A stretch of DNA of 64,000 nt, taken from NCBI RefSeq assembly GCF_009914755.1, contig NC_060934.1. One strand, written 5' to 3'. Shown here piece after piece: positions 12,771 through 30,079 of this stretch. Both the position numbers and the translations under genes were made by a program. The notes below the pieces were generated by a model that was given only the letters and a program-made list of their open reading frames with translations, did no database searches and was not told the DNA's origin. This DNA is from the human T2T-CHM13v2.0 reference genome, Homo sapiens. Every line of letters begins with the position of its first letter. Positions within the stretch are counted from its first letter, which is position 1.

Positions 12771-14680
12771 GTAATTGAAAGGAAAGATCAGACATTGACA
12801 GGACAAAGGTGAAGGCAGCCGTGAATTCGATGTCTTCATGGGGGAAGTCATGATGTGGCCTCACTGGAGGAACCTGGCTTCTAGGAAATAAGGAAATAGA
12901 TAGTATGGGTGAGTATGTGAGGGAAGAGAGCAGGGCCAATCTGTACTTAGAATAGCAAGCTGCCTATTCAAGTGATTTGAAGTTTCAACACATCTTCAGA
13001 TGGACTGCTACAGCATCTGACATTCTACCTTTAGAAACAGTTTCATTTCACTAAAAATAAAGACTGAATCTCTAAGCACATTCTATGTTATTTAAAGATC
13101 ATATGAAAAGAAGCATCGGTCATTCCACACTGGAGCAGATGAGCCCTTGTATTGCTGTGTTTAGGATTTCCAGCCCAGGGCAGAGGTTGGGAGGAAACAC
13201 AAAGAGAAGGTGAGGGGTCAGAGCAGGTTTTATTTAAAGCTCACCAGGGACTCACTGTAGTCTTTCTGGGTCATCAGGAGAAGCAAGAAGAAAATAAATG
13301 TCCCATGAGTCCCAGGAAAGCTTCCACACAGATGTGTGGGGGTCTGAAGGCACCTAACACCTCCAGCCTGTCTGTTTGCAGCTTTCTCTGATCCACAGAG
13401 CCTGTCTTCCGAAATCCATCACAAACAGATTGAGGTGGGGGCAGCTGCTCACCTTCTGACCATGTGCCGGTGACAGAAAACAGACGTCCTCTGGCTCAGG
13501 GATTTCTGAAGGATGCAGCTGGCAGGGTACGATGAGCCCGTGGGTAGGCATGTGTCCCCCAGGAGGGTGGCAGCACATGGTAGGGGCTCAGTCTGTTTAT
13601 CTCTCCCAAGGCCGTGTCTCCCCACCCGACCTGCACTCTGGGCCTCAGCTTGATGCCAACTCCAAGAACTTGCATCCTCTAACAATATCTCCAGCTAGAC
13701 CTTTTGTCCTAGGCCTGCTCCTATGAATACCAGACTTTGAATGAGAGCCAAGAAAATGTCCACTTCTTTACCGTTATCGTTGCAATCAATGTTTATCTTA
13801 AAGATGCAAGGGGGAAATCTGGAACATGCCCCTCTTCTCATGCTTTTGGAAAGTGTTGGTGTCATTAAACATTCCCAGACTTTTGATCATATTAGGCCTT
13901 AACCCTGTGCACAAATCTCAGAGCTCGGGGAAGGGACACAGTCCTGCCCGGCTACTGATGGATTTATGCCTCAGAGCACAGGGGACCAGCCAGGCTGAGG
14001 CCACCATCTGAACCCAACTCCTCACTTGAGCAGGAACTGTCAGGACGTGTGAATGAAACACAGAGCAGGACTCTGAAAGGTTCCTGGAGATTTATGGAGT
14101 ATTTCAAACCACAGAATCCCATAAAATAAGATTTGAAAGCCTGTTTGAGTGAACCCGGAGAATCAGCCGTCAGCGGCAGCTCACTGGGTACTGTGATTGA
14201 TTCTGTCTCCCCCGTCCCCATCTGTTCTTAAGTGCTCTGGGCACCCTATTACCCTGTTACCCCATGTCCCCATCCCCTTCATACTCCCTTCCCAAGGCAG
14301 TGGAGTGACCAAGTGAGTCCTTCAGGCAGTGGAACGACTGAGTGAGAACACAGCTGGCCTCCGGCAGCCACTCCTTCAAAGTCCACAGCCCAGGCAACAT
14401 GGTTCCTGGGGTGACCAGCTCTGAGGAAGCCAGAGAGGGCAGGCTGGGCTACAAACATAGGCTGCCCTGAGGACCACTGGCAGAAGGTCCTGTAGGGCAT
14501 CATGGCTGTGGGCAGAGTGCCCTCGAGGTTTGCTTGCATAGGGTTGTTTTTTTTTTTTTTTTCCTGTAGCAACTTACGGATGGACGGCTCATAGGCTCTG
14601 ATGCCATTTGAGGTATGGCTTCTCATCAGCAGGCCCTGAGCTGCATGCAGATCATGGAGATCATCATCATCAGTCCCAGG

Positions 14681-14698
14681 TGGTGCCCTCTAGAGGAA
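14681..14698 (-). promoter_or_regulatory. Candidate CTCF motif
   Basis: Minus strand reads TTCCTCTAGAGGGCACCA, close to the CTCF core CCAC(C/T)AG(A/G)(G/T)GGC(A/G)C. Motif only; no occupancy data. Confidence 0.3.
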
Positions 14699-14789
14699 GA
14701 CACGAGCACAACCACACCTCCTCTGCACTGGTCCAGGCTCTGTGGATCCCCGCAGCAGGCTCTTGGGGGCAATGAGGAAGGAGAGAGCT

Positions 14790-15210
14790 GCTGTTCCATA
14801 ACAAACTTCCTAGAAACTTGGGCTTGAGGTAACAACCACTTTATTACATCTTGCGATGTTGCACGTCAGGAATTTGCTCAGAGCTTAGATGGCAAGTCCA
14901 CTTTACACCATGTAGACTAGGTTCACTTGGTCCTTGGCTGGTGGCTGGATAGTCTCAGGGGTTCCAGATGCCTTTCTTCACATGCCTGGTACCTTGGAGG
15001 AGGCAGATGGAAGGGTGGGTCTGCCCAGGTTCGTCTCCGTCTCCAACAGTGTAGTTGGACATGTAATGCAGTGGCTTCAGTCACCCAGAACTGGTAACTG
15101 TGTCACTTACACCATCCTCCATTCGACATAGCAGTCACAGGCCAGCCTGGATTCAATGGAGGTAACAAACAGCCCCACACAATAGGAGGAGCACCAAAGG
15201 CATCCTGAGT
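14790..15210 (-). mobile_element. MLT1 (J/K-like) LTR
   Basis: 'ataacaaacttcctagaaactt...gtcaggaatttg...ttcacatgcctggtaccttgg...gtcacaggccagcctggattcaa'. Confidence 0.6.
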
Positions 15211-15309
15211 CCACTGCACCCACCTTCACAGCCATCGTCTATTTCTGCATTCAGAACCCACTGGGTCCTTATGATGTATCAGATGCTGAGCTGAATGATA
15301 CGGGAAATG

Positions 15310-15520
15310 ATAACACTCATATTTACTGAGTGTTTCTTACATGCTAGTCACTGATCTAAGTGCTTTACAAATAGTAACTCATTTCGTTCTTGAAATGACC
15401 CATTTTACAGATCAGGAAACAGAAGTATAGAGAAGTTAAATGACAAGACTATATAGCTAATAAATGGTAAAGCCCAAATTCGACCCAGGCAGCCTGACTT
15501 AGAAGCCTGAATTCTTACAC
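15310..15520 (-). mobile_element. MIR
   Basis: 'atttactgagtgtttctt...taagtgctttaca...cccattttacagatcaggaaacagaag'. Confidence 0.7.
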
Positions 15521-15727
15521 ATATTTATAATGCATCTGGTACCTAGAAGTCCTGCTTTTGGCAGTTCGTGTTTTGTGACAGAGGTAAGGTAGATAAGAAA
15601 TAACTATAATATGGCAGTAATGGTAAATGCACCAGTGATTACAGTAATGTGCAACGGTGTGACGCAGAAAAAGACATTAGTGCCAGCTGTAAGCACTGGA
15701 ACTTGACAGGAGCACCTTGTAGGAGGG

Positions 15728-16140
15728 TGTTTCCATTATCTATTGCTGGGTAGCAAATCAACTTAGTAGCTTAAAATACCATTTGATGATCTCTTGCCAT
15801 TCTGTGAGTGAATCTGGTGGCTCTTTTGTTCCAAGTAGCTGGGGCCTAGGACAGCAGAAGTCATCTGAGCTCATCAAGAACTCTCCACTGGGGCTCTCCA
15901 TTCTCCTTATGGCTGCCTGGGCTGCCTCAGGCCTGGTGGCTCAGTCCCCAAAAGGAGTGTTCCACGGGCAAGGAAGCAGAAGCTCTCAGACAAATCATTG
16001 CCATCCCCAGAATTGGCACAACCTCACTTCTGTTGTATTATGTTGGTCAAAGCATTCTCACATCCAGTGAGGGGACAATGTGGATGAGAACTTCATAAGG
16101 GCATGAATGTCAGGAGCATGGCTCACTGGAGTTATTGAGA
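15728..16140 (-). mobile_element. MLT1 (H/I-like) LTR
   Basis: 'atctattgctgggtagcaaatcaacttagtagcttaaaa...aagggcatgaatgtcaggagcatggctcactgg'. Confidence 0.55.
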
Positions 16141-16549
16141 AAGAGTATAACTGAAATGGAAAAGATACTATTTTCATTTTCTTATGTTGTAATTTTCCCT
16201 CTCAGCATGGATACTTCTATTATAAATATCTGTCATGTGGGTGTTAAAATTAAATGGCAATGTGTATTAATACTTGAAAAATATGAAAACATATGAGCAT
16301 AGATAAGACCCTACTCAAAGATAAGCAAGGTTTTGGCAAGCAGGCATGCAACTGGTTGGGTCTTCTCTGTCAAGAAAGAGCAGACCACACAAAGTGGGAG
16401 GCATGAGCAAATGAGTAGAAGGGAGGGTGTTTCCCTGGAGGAGCCAGTGAGCTTGTCCATTGGGAGGGAACCCACGGAGGAGATGACAGAGTTGGGAGGC
16501 CCAGCCTTGAAATCCAAACAAATACATATAAACACTTGTGTTTTGTTTA

Positions 16550-16860
16550 TGTCACAGCTAGATTTGGGTCAGGCAGCTCTCCTAGGCAGCTTATCTTCAA
16601 ACGATGGCTCAGAGATCAAGAATATTCCTTTTTATGGTGCTGTCATCTTCAACTCATGGCCTCCAGAGTTGGCACAGAAAGGAAAAAGGTAGGTTGCAAG
16701 ATTATGCAGTGGGTTTTACAGCCAGCCGGGGAGGTAGTATACATCACTTCTGCCCACATCTCAATGTCCAGAGCCCAGTTACATGGCCCCAAATTATCTG
16801 CAAGGACAGCTGGAGAATATGTGCCCAGGAAGAGGAAGAGTGAGCAAACAGCCTGTCTCA
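16550..16860 (-). mobile_element. Old ERVL LTR (LTR33-like)
   Basis: 'catcacttctgcccacatctcaatgtccagagcccagttacatggcccc...tgcaaggacagctggagaat...tgtgcccaggaagagga'. Confidence 0.5.
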
Positions 16861-17149
16861 GGCACACCAAGTCTGCAACCTTGGACAAGTTGCCTAATCT
16901 CTGAGTCTCCGTTCCCTCTTTTGTGTTTTGGGACTGATAAGGTCTACCTTTTGTGGTTGGTTGTTGTAGAATAAATAAGATACTGTGTATGAAAAGAGAC
17001 CTGGTAAAAATTAAGTTCCAAGAAACTGTCATAGCACTTGTTGGTACTAGTAAATGTATGATGAAGGTCAATTACAAATGTAAGAATCAAAGGAAACCAT
17101 CAAACATTTAAAATAATTATTTTGAAATAATAAGTTATTTTAAGTTCAG

Positions 17150-17345
17150 TGCCAGCTTAAGCCCAATACTTTGCATAAATTCCCTTATTTAATTCCATCA
17201 ACAAACCTTTAAAATTAGTGATGCTATTCCCATTTTATGAATGAGGAAACTGAGACTTTGAGAGACTAAACAACTTGCCTAGGCTCCCATGGCTAAGACT
17301 TGAGTACAGTCAGTCTGATTCTACACCCTATTGGTAAGCACTGTG
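17150..17345 (-). mobile_element. MIR
   Basis: Core 'ttcccattttatgaatgaggaaactgagactt'. Confidence 0.65.
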
Positions 17346-17380
17346 CTATTTTTTCTTTTTAAAGGAAGAAATGCAGTTGA

Positions 17381-17647
<267 letters not shown>

Positions 17648-17914
17648 TAGTGCAACACTCACAGTCCTTTTGAGGGCTGATGAGCAAAAGTAAAGGACTG
17701 TGAGATTTTAGAATGTGCTCTTTTTCCATGTCAGTATGGATCCATGACTCACTCTGGGAAGCCTCACATAAAATTCTTGCCATCCTTTCCCCAGCCTCTC
17801 CTGTAGTTATCAACTTGTTTTGAGCCAGCAAAGTGTTTCAAATTCCCAATACCAGTGCTTAACTGGGGAGTAACACAAATTTATGCAGAAAAACAGAGTT
17901 TGCAAAATTCTTAA

Positions 17915-19471
17915 ATCAACTTCTCATTTTGGAATAATTTTGATTTATAGAAAAGTTGCCAAGATAGTATGAGAGTTTCAGAGAGTACACATGGCTTCTC
18001 CTGTGTTCAGTATCTTACATAACCATGGTCCATTTGTCAAAACTAGTGCAGGAAACCAACATTAGTACAGGACTGTTGCTTGAACTCCAGACTTTATTCA
18101 GATTTCATTATTCTTCCCACTAATGATCTTTTTCTGTTCCCGAATCTAATCCAGCACACTACCATCGTGTGACTTTTAGTAGTTGTTATGGGCTGAATGA
18201 GGTCCCCCTAAAATTCATGTCAAAGTCCTAGCCTGCAGTGCCTCAGAATGTATTTGGAGATAGGATGTTTAAAAAGGTGATTAGGTTAAAATGAGTCCAT
18301 TACAGTAGGTCCTAATTCAATATGATTGGCATCCTTATAAGAAGAGGAGATTAGGACACAGACACACACAGAGGGAAGACCCTGTGAAGACATAGGGAGA
18401 AGGTGGCTGTTTACAAGCCAAGGAGAGAGTCCTCAGAAGAAACCAACCCTGCTGTCATCTTGACCTTGGGCTTCCAGCCTTCAGACCTGTGAGGAAATAA
18501 ACTTCTGTTGTTTAAGCCACCCAGTTTCTCATACTTTTTTATGGCAGCCCTAGCAAATGAATAAAGTTGTCATGTATCCTTATTGTCCTCTGGGCTGTGA
18601 CGATTTCTCATTCTTTCTCTGTTTTTCATGATCTTGGCAGTTTTAAGAAGTACTACTCAGGTATTTTGCAGGATAGCCCTCAATATGGGTTTGTCTGATG
18701 TTTTTCTTATTATTACATTGATTTGTGGGTTTTTGGAAAAAATATTGCATAGGCAAAGTGCTCTCCTTGTCATATCGTCTTGAAGGATATATGCTGTTAA
18801 CCAGTGATGTTAACCTTGATCACTTGGCCATGTTTTCCTGATGTCTCCATTGTAAAGTTATCTCTCACTCAATATTCCATTCATTGGAAGCTAAATGCAG
18901 CCCACACTCCAGAGTATAGTAGGGGGGGATTAAGCTGCTTCTTTTGGAGGAGGACCATCTGCATGAATTATTTACAATTCATCTGTAAAGAAGGTTGGTT
19001 TCTTTTCTCCATATATTTATTTATTCAATCATTTACCTATATCCTTCAGGATCCAGGGATATTTATTTTGTATTTTGGGTGATAATTCAATACTCTGTTA
19101 TTTGTTTTGTTGCTCACATTGCTTCAGACTGGGCCCCTGGATATTCTTTCAGGTCGGCTCCTGTGCCTTGTTGACATGCCTGCATCCTCTTGTTATTTGA
19201 GCTCATTCCTACTTTGTGGCACTGTAAAAATACTCCAGTCTCAACTTGCATTTAACTGGCCCCAGCCCTAGGACCTATCATTTTGTGAAAGAAGCTCTGA
19301 CTTCTTTTATTGAAGAATGGTATTTAAAAGCCAAGATATGGGTACTGAGAGACATTGTGGATTTTTGTCCTATTTGATGTGTTTCAATTCATTGCAGTTA
19401 TTGTTATTATTGAACCTCAAATTGTTTCTTCTTTGGCCATTCAGATCTTCTTCAAGTTAATTTGTGAATTC
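17915..19471 (-). mobile_element. L1MC4-like 3'UTR remnants (host of MLT1B and of the L1PA insertion; resumes at ~22057-22300)
   Basis: 'ttggaataattttgatttatagaaaagttgccaagatagta', 'ctactcaggtattttgcaggatagccctcaat', 'ttcattgcagttatt...cctcaaattgt'. Confidence 0.6.
18184..18565 (+). mobile_element. MLT1B solo LTR
   Basis: 'tgttatgggctgaat...ccttataagaagaggagattaggacacagac...ttgtttaagccacccagt...atggcagccctagcaaa'; decayed TSD gtagt/gttgt. Confidence 0.85.
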
Positions 19472-22058
<2,587 letters not shown>

Positions 22059-22367
22059 ATTTCTGAATTCTTTTGACACAACCCAAGTAGTCTTTGAGAG
22101 CTGAATTGTGTTCTGGGCTCTTCCTGCCCCAAACCAGGATTTGCTTATTGCCTGGGTCCAGTTTCCTTTCCTGTGAGATGGTGAGGCTGTAGCCTGGGTG
22201 CTAGGGTGCTCCTTGCTCTTGGCGTGATCATTGTTAAGAGGCCTTTCTAGTGGACAGAACTTGTCAGTGCACATGGGTGTATGTGCGTATGTAAGAATAA
22301 AACATATCATAATTCACAGATGCTTCCATTAAGACACAGAACTATTAATACAAGATTCTAAAAAAGA

Positions 22368-23390
22368 TTTTATTTTGAAATAATAGATTCACACTTTGTT
22401 TAAAAAGATGCATAGCAAGGTCCCCTGCAGCCTTCCCCCGGCCTCAACCAGTGGCAATGTTTTGCATGATATCCCAGTTAGTACACTGTACTAACTGGGA
22501 TATTAATATTGGTACAATCCAGAAAACATTCACATCTCATCAGTTTTATAAACACTTGTTTGTGCGTGTATAGCTTTTGCCATTTTATCTCATATGTAGA
22601 TTTGTGTAACCACCACAACAACCAAGATACAGAATCTTTCCACCACCACAAGGCTCTCCTGTGCTGGCTACCACTTTATAGCCACACGCATCTCTCCTCT
22701 CTCCCCACCCGCTACCCCTAACTCTTGGCAACCAATAGGCTATTTTGATATTTTCTATTTCTATAATTTTTTTCAAGAATGTTATGTAAAGAAAATCATG
22801 GAGTATGTAACCATTTGAGCTTGGCTTTGTCTTTCAGAATAGTTCTCCTGGGATCCATCTAAAGTGTTGGAAGGTATATCAATAGTTGTTTCCATTTTAT
22901 TGCTGATGAGTATTCCATGGTATGTATATATCACGGCTTGTTCAGGCATCTCCCCATTGAAAGACATTTGGGATATTTCCAGTGTTCCAATATGTGTACA
23001 GGTTTTTGTGTGGACAAAAGTTTTCATTTCTCTAGAACAAATGCTCAGAAGTGCAATTGCTGAGTAGTATGGTGAATGTGTTTAGTTTTGTGAGAGTCTG
23101 CCAAGTTTTTTCAGAGTGGCTGTACCATTTTACATTCCCACCTGGAATGTGTAGGTGATATATTTTCTTCTCATCTTCATAAGGATTTTTTTAAAATTGT
23201 TATTTTTTGTTTCAGCCATTCTGATAGGCGTGTAACAATATATCATTTTTGTTTTAATTTGCATTTTCCTAATGGCTAATTATGTTGAACATCTTTTCAT
23301 TGTGTTAGTTTGCCATTTATCTCTTCTTTGTTAAAATATTTATTCACATTTTTTACCCTTTTCTAATTAGATTGGGGTTTTTTTCTGAGT
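22368..23390 (-). mobile_element. L1MC1/2-like 3' end
   Basis: 'ttattttgaaataatagattcaca...gtagatttgtgtaaccaccaca...aagatacagaatc'. Confidence 0.7.
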
Positions 23391-24977
23391 TATTTTTTTC
23401 TTCATTGAAGTGAAATTCATATAACATAAAATTAAGAATTTTAAGGGAATAATTTAGGGTCAATATTGTGCAACCACCACCTCTGTGTTGTTCCAAAACA
23501 TTTCTATCATCCCACAAGGAAATCTCTTCCCTATTAACAGTTCCACCTCCATCCCTGGTAACAACCTATCTGTGTTTTGTGTTTTGGGATTTACCTAATT
23601 TAATCATGTCATATAAAAGATATAAAGTATGTGATACTTTGTGTCTGACTTCTTACTTGCACAATATTTTTGAGATTCACCCACATGGTAGGATGCATCA
23701 GTACTTCATTCATTTTTGTGGCTTGATAGTATTCCAATACATGGGTGTACTAATTAGTTCATTCATCTGTTGATGTGCAGTTGGGCAGCATTCACTTTTG
23801 GCCTATTGTAAATAGTTCTGCAATTAACATACAGGTACATGTATTTATTTAAGAACCAGTTTCAATTCTTTTGAGCACATACCTTGGAGTGGAATAACTA
23901 GATCACATGGTAATCCATGTTTAACTTTTTGAGGAATTGCTGACTGTTTTCTACAGTGGCTTAACCATTTTACAATCCCACAAGTAACGTAAAAGAGTTA
24001 TAATTCCTTTACATTCTTGCCAACACTTGCTATTTACCATTCTTCTTTTTATAGCCATCGTCCTGAGTGTAAAGTGCTACCTCATTCTGGTTTTGGTTAG
24101 CATTTGCCTAGTTAGTAACTATGTCAAACGTATTTTCATGAACTTGCTGGCCATTTGTATCTTTTTTGGAGGGATTGCTGTTAAGTCTTTTGCCCATTTT
24201 TAAACAGCATTGTCTTTTTGTTGTTGAGTAGTAAGAGTTCTTTGTATATTCTGAGTATTAGATCCTTATTAGATATACGATTAACAAATATTTGCACCCA
24301 TTCTATGGACTGTCTATTCACTTTTAAAATAATGTCCTTAGGTGAAATTTTTTTCCTTTTTTTTTTTGAAGTCAGTTTATCTATTTTTTTTCTTTTGTTG
24401 CTTGTGATTTTGGTGTCATGTCTAAAATTATATTGCCAAATCCCTGGTTATGAAGTTTTACCCCTATGTTTTCTTCTAAGCGTTTTGTGAGGTTTGCTCT
24501 CCTATTTAGGTAATTGATCCCTTGTTAAACAAGTTTTGTATACGGTGTGATGTAGGAGTTCAAATTCACTTTTTTTGACATGTGAATATCCAGTTGTTTT
24601 AGCATCATTTATTAAAGAAATGATTCTTTCCACCATTTAATCATCTTGGGAACTTTGTAGAAAATCAATTAGCCATAGAGGTATGGGTTTATTTCTAGAT
24701 TCTTAATTCTATTCCATTAGTCTATGTCTATCCTTATAACTTATTACATTGATTTGATTATTGTAGCTTTGTAGGAAGTTTGAAATTGGAAGCGTGAGTC
24801 CTCCAACTTTGTTCTCCTTTTTCAAGACTACTTTGACTATATGACAGCATTTGAAATTCCATATGAATTCGAATATCAGCTTCTCTATTTCTGCAGAAAG
24901 TCATTGTAATTTTGATAGGCATTGCATTGAATCAATAGATCACTGTGGGAAATATTACCATATTAAAAATAATAAAT

Positions 24978-25295
<318 letters not shown>

Positions 25296-25324
25296 TAAAT
25301 CCACAAACATAAGATGGCTTTACA

Positions 25325-25592
25325 TTTTTTTATCATTAATTCCGAATGGCGCTTTTATTTACACATGATTTTTCAGTATGCAAATATTTCTCCACAGGGA
25401 AGTGATGTATATGCAATCCTCAAATTATAAATGATTGTTTCCAACAACAATTCTGAAATCAATTACTGTCAATGACAATACATTTAAGGTCTTAAGCTGT
25501 AATACAGCAACGTACCATGTAATATCAAAGCTTTAAATTTTCAATACAAAGCAATTGAAAGCAACATTACTACATTCAAACCAATAATAAAG
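25325..25592 (-). other. Non-repeat polyadenylated insert (probable truncated retrocopy or orphan transduction)
   Basis: Interrupts the host L1 at its 'tttccatttattt' motif; T-run 25325-25331; AATAAA on the minus strand at 25354-25359; short TSD-like tacattt/tccattt. Confidence 0.6.
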
Positions 25593-26805
25593 TCCATTTT
25601 ATTTAGGCCTTCTTTTATTTCCTACAGAAATATTTTCTATTTTTTTTCTAGTTTTTGGTATATATAAATCTTTCATCTCTTTGGTTAAATTTATTTCTAG
25701 ATATTATACTGTTTTGGATGCTATTGTAAATGGAATTGTTTTCTTAATTTTATTTTCAGATTGTTCATTGCTGATGTACAGAAACACAACTAATGTTCAT
25801 TTATTTATTTTGTACCCTGCAACTTTGCTGAATTAATTTTAGTTCTAGTTGCTGTGTGTGTGCGTGGTTTCTTTGGCATTTTCTACATGTAAATCATGTC
25901 ATTTGTGAATAGCAGTAATTTTACTTCTTTTTATCAAATATGGAAGCCTTTGATTTCTTTTTCTTGACTAATTGCTCTGACTAGAACTTCCAGTACAATG
26001 TTGAATAGCAGTGCAAAAAAAAAGACATCCTTTTCTTGTTTCTGCTCCTAGGAGGAAAACTTTCAGACTTTTATCATTACATATAATGCTAGCTGTGCGT
26101 TTTTCAAAAATCACCTTTATCATGTTGAGATGATTTTTCTATTCCTAGTGCTCTGTGTTTTTATTATGAAAGGGTGTTGTTTATTATAAAAGGTTGTTTT
26201 CTGCATCAATTGAGATGATCCTTTTTGTTGTTGTTTGTTCTATTAACGTGGTATATTACATTGATTGACTTTCTTATGTCAAACTATCCTTCCATATCTG
26301 GGATAAGTTCAACTTAGTCATGGTGTATAATTGTTATAATATGCTGTTGGATTTGGTTGGCTAGAATTTTTTTGAGGATTTTTGATTCTGTATTCATAAG
26401 AAGTATTGGCCTGTAGTTTTCTTTTGTTGTGATGTCTTTGTCTGGCTTTGGTATCAAGATTATAGTGGCCTCATAGAAAGAGTCGAGATGTGTTCTTTCC
26501 TGTTACATTTTGTATAAGAGTTTGAGAAAGATTGGTGTATTTCTTTAAAATATTTGGTAGAATTCACCAATAAAGCCATTTCATCCTGGAATTTTATTTT
26601 TTAGGAAGCTTTTGATTAGTGAGTCAATCTCTTGTATAGGTCTGTTCAGATTTCATATTTTCCCTGGAAACAGGTCTGACAACTTATTTCTAGGAATTTA
26701 TCAGTTTCATCTAGGTTTTCAAATTTGCTGACACAATATCGGAAGCCATGTAGTAAAACCTCCAATCATTATTGTAGAAGTATCTCTTTCTACCTTTAAT
26801 TCTGT

Positions 26806-27414
26806 TGTATTAGACCATTTTTGTGTTGCTGTAAATGAATACCTGAGACTGGTTAATTTTTAAAGAAATGAGGTTTAACTGGCTCATGGTTCTGCAGGCT
26901 GTGTAGGAAGCGTGGTCCTGGCAGCTGCTTGACTTCTGGGGAGGCCTCAGGGAGCTTTTACTCATGGCAGAAGTCAAAGCGGGAGCAGACATGTCACATG
27001 GTGAGAGAGGAGGCAAGAGAGAGAAGGGAGATGTTCCAGACTGTTTTAAACAGCCAGATCTCATGTGAACTAACGGAGCAAGAACTCACTTGTCACCAAA
27101 GTTTCCAATTCTGGACAGAACATATAGACTAAACCTAACATAAATAAAGAAACTTCAACCCAACAACTGGAAAATACACATTATTTTCAAGCACACATAA
27201 ATCATTCTTCAAAATAGACTATGTTTTAGGCTACAAAACTAGTCTTAATGAGCTTCAAAAGATTGAAACAACACAAGGTATCTTCTTGAACCAAAGTGGA
27301 ATAAAGCTAGAAATAAATAACGGACGTAAAACTGGAAAGTTCACAAATATATAAAAATTAAACAACACTTTCTAAAATGAGTTAAACCATTCATGAGGCA
27401 TCTGCCCCCATGAC
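26806..27414 (-). mobile_element. MSTA/B-like LTR, interrupted and truncated
   Basis: 'tgtattagacc...aatacctgagactgg...gaggcctcagggagcttttactcatggcagaag' to 27101; resumes as 'taaaccattcatgaggcatctgcccccatgacc' at 27383. Confidence 0.8.
27102..27381 (+). mobile_element. Inverted L1 ORF2 endonuclease-region fragment inside the MST LTR
   Basis: Sense L1 ORF2 sequence 'cccaacaactggaaaatacacattattttcaagcacaca...aaattaaacaacac'. Confidence 0.8.
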
Positions 27415-28143
27415 CCCCATGATTTAAGTGTAGCCACTCCTGCTCTCTTTTGGTTACTATTTGCATAAAATATCCCTTTTCATCTTTTCTTGTTCACCTT
27501 ATTAGTGTGCTTAAATCTAAAGCGAGTCTCTTGAAGACTAGTTGGGCTCTGTTTTCTTTATCCACTCTGCCTGTCTATGTCCTTTGATTGGAAGTTTAAT
27601 CCATTTATATTTAAGTAATTACTGATAAGAAAGGACTTATTTCTGCCATTTGCTGATTGTTTTCTGTATGTTTATACATTTTTTCTTGGATTCTCCATTA
27701 CTGCCTTTTTTGTGTTTGATTTTTTGCAGTGTACCATTTTCATTCTCTTCTCATTTCCTTTTGTGTATACTTTTTTTGGGGTATTTTCCTAGTAGTTATC
27801 ATGGAGATTTCAATTAACATCCTACATTTACAGCAATCTAGTTTAATGGATACCAATTTACTTTCAATAGCATTAAAAAAGCCTGCTCCTCTACAGCTCT
27901 TTTCCAATCCCGTTTGTTATTGTCATAAATTATATCTTTAGATATTGTTTGTCCATTAACGTATATTTACAATTCTTTTTATTTATTCATTTTTAATTAT
28001 GCAGAAAATAAAACAAATAGTTTGGCTATATATATATCATTCTGCATTAATTTTTTTTAAATTTCAGCACTTTAAGTGTTTTATTCCACTGCATTCTGGC
28101 CTCCATGGTTTCTGATGATAAATTAAACTCTCACTGAGGATCC

Positions 28144-28537
28144 TGTATTAATCTGCTCTGTATTGCTATACAGGAATACCTGAGGCTAGGTATTTTTTTT
28201 TAAGCGGTTTATTTTGGTTCATGGTTCTGCAGACGACATAAAAGTCATAGCTCAGGCATCTGCTTCTGGTGAGGGCCTCAGAAAGCTTTTACTCGTGGCA
28301 GAAGGAAAGGGGAGTTGGCATTTCACATAGCAACAAAGGTAGTAAGAAGGAGGGTGGAGGTCCCAACCACTCTAACAACCATAACTCACATGAGCTCATT
28401 GATGTGGGGATGGCACCAAGCCATTCATGAGAGATCTTCCCCCAGGACACAAACACCTCCCAGTAGGTCCCACCTCCGACAGTGGCAATCATGATTCGAA
28501 ATGAGGTTAGGAGGGGACAGACATCCAAATCATATCA
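28144..28537 (-). mobile_element. MSTB solo LTR
   Basis: TG...CA termini; perfect TSD GATCC at 28139-28143 and 28538-28542. Confidence 0.9.
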
Positions 28538-29389
28538 GATCCCTTGTACATGACAAATCACTTCTCTCCTGGTGCTTTCAGGATTATTGTTGCTTTTGTC
28601 TTTTGACAGTTTCATTATGATTTATATTAATGTGGCTCTTTTTAAGTTTATTCAATGTGGAGTTCATTGATCTTCTTGGATGTATCGATTAATTTCTTTC
28701 ATCAAATTAGGAAAATTTTGACTACTGTTTTTGTGAAAATTTTTTTCTCTCTGTTTATCTCTCTCTTCTTCTTCAATTTCTATACTTTGCATGTTGGTCA
28801 ACTTGATGGTGTCCCACAGTTCCTTTAGGTTCTGTTCACTTTTCCTTATTCTTTTTTCTTTTTGTTCTTCAGATTTAATCATTGCAATTTCCCTATCTTC
28901 AAGTTCACAGATTCTTTCTTCTGACTGCACAAATATATAAACTCTTCAGTAAATTTTTCATTTTTGTTATTAAAATTCTCAGAATTTGTATTTGATTCCC
29001 TGCATGTTTCCGATATGGCTTGCTGGTGCCAGGGAGCTATCTGGGGCTTTGTTTTTAGTATATGGTGATTGTGCCTTTTGACCCATCTGGTGGTTCCCTG
29101 AGGAATGAAGATAAAAGCTGTCTTTTCCTATGTCCTCCCTTTAGACTGGAGCACCCTCCCTGGCAGTGGCAGTGTCTGTAGAAAGATTGAAAGAATATGC
29201 TATCCATGCTCACCTATGGCAAGAGACAGTATATGGGGCAGGAGGCAAACATAAAAACTTAGAACAAAGGAGGCAGAGAAAGAAGTCTCTTGTGGAAATA
29301 AGTGGAAGGGCAATAACATATACTGGGGGGGAAAGAAAGTGCAATATGAATGCCTAGGACTAGACACATGCTCAGAATAAGACCTGAGT

Positions 29390-30079
<690 letters not shown>

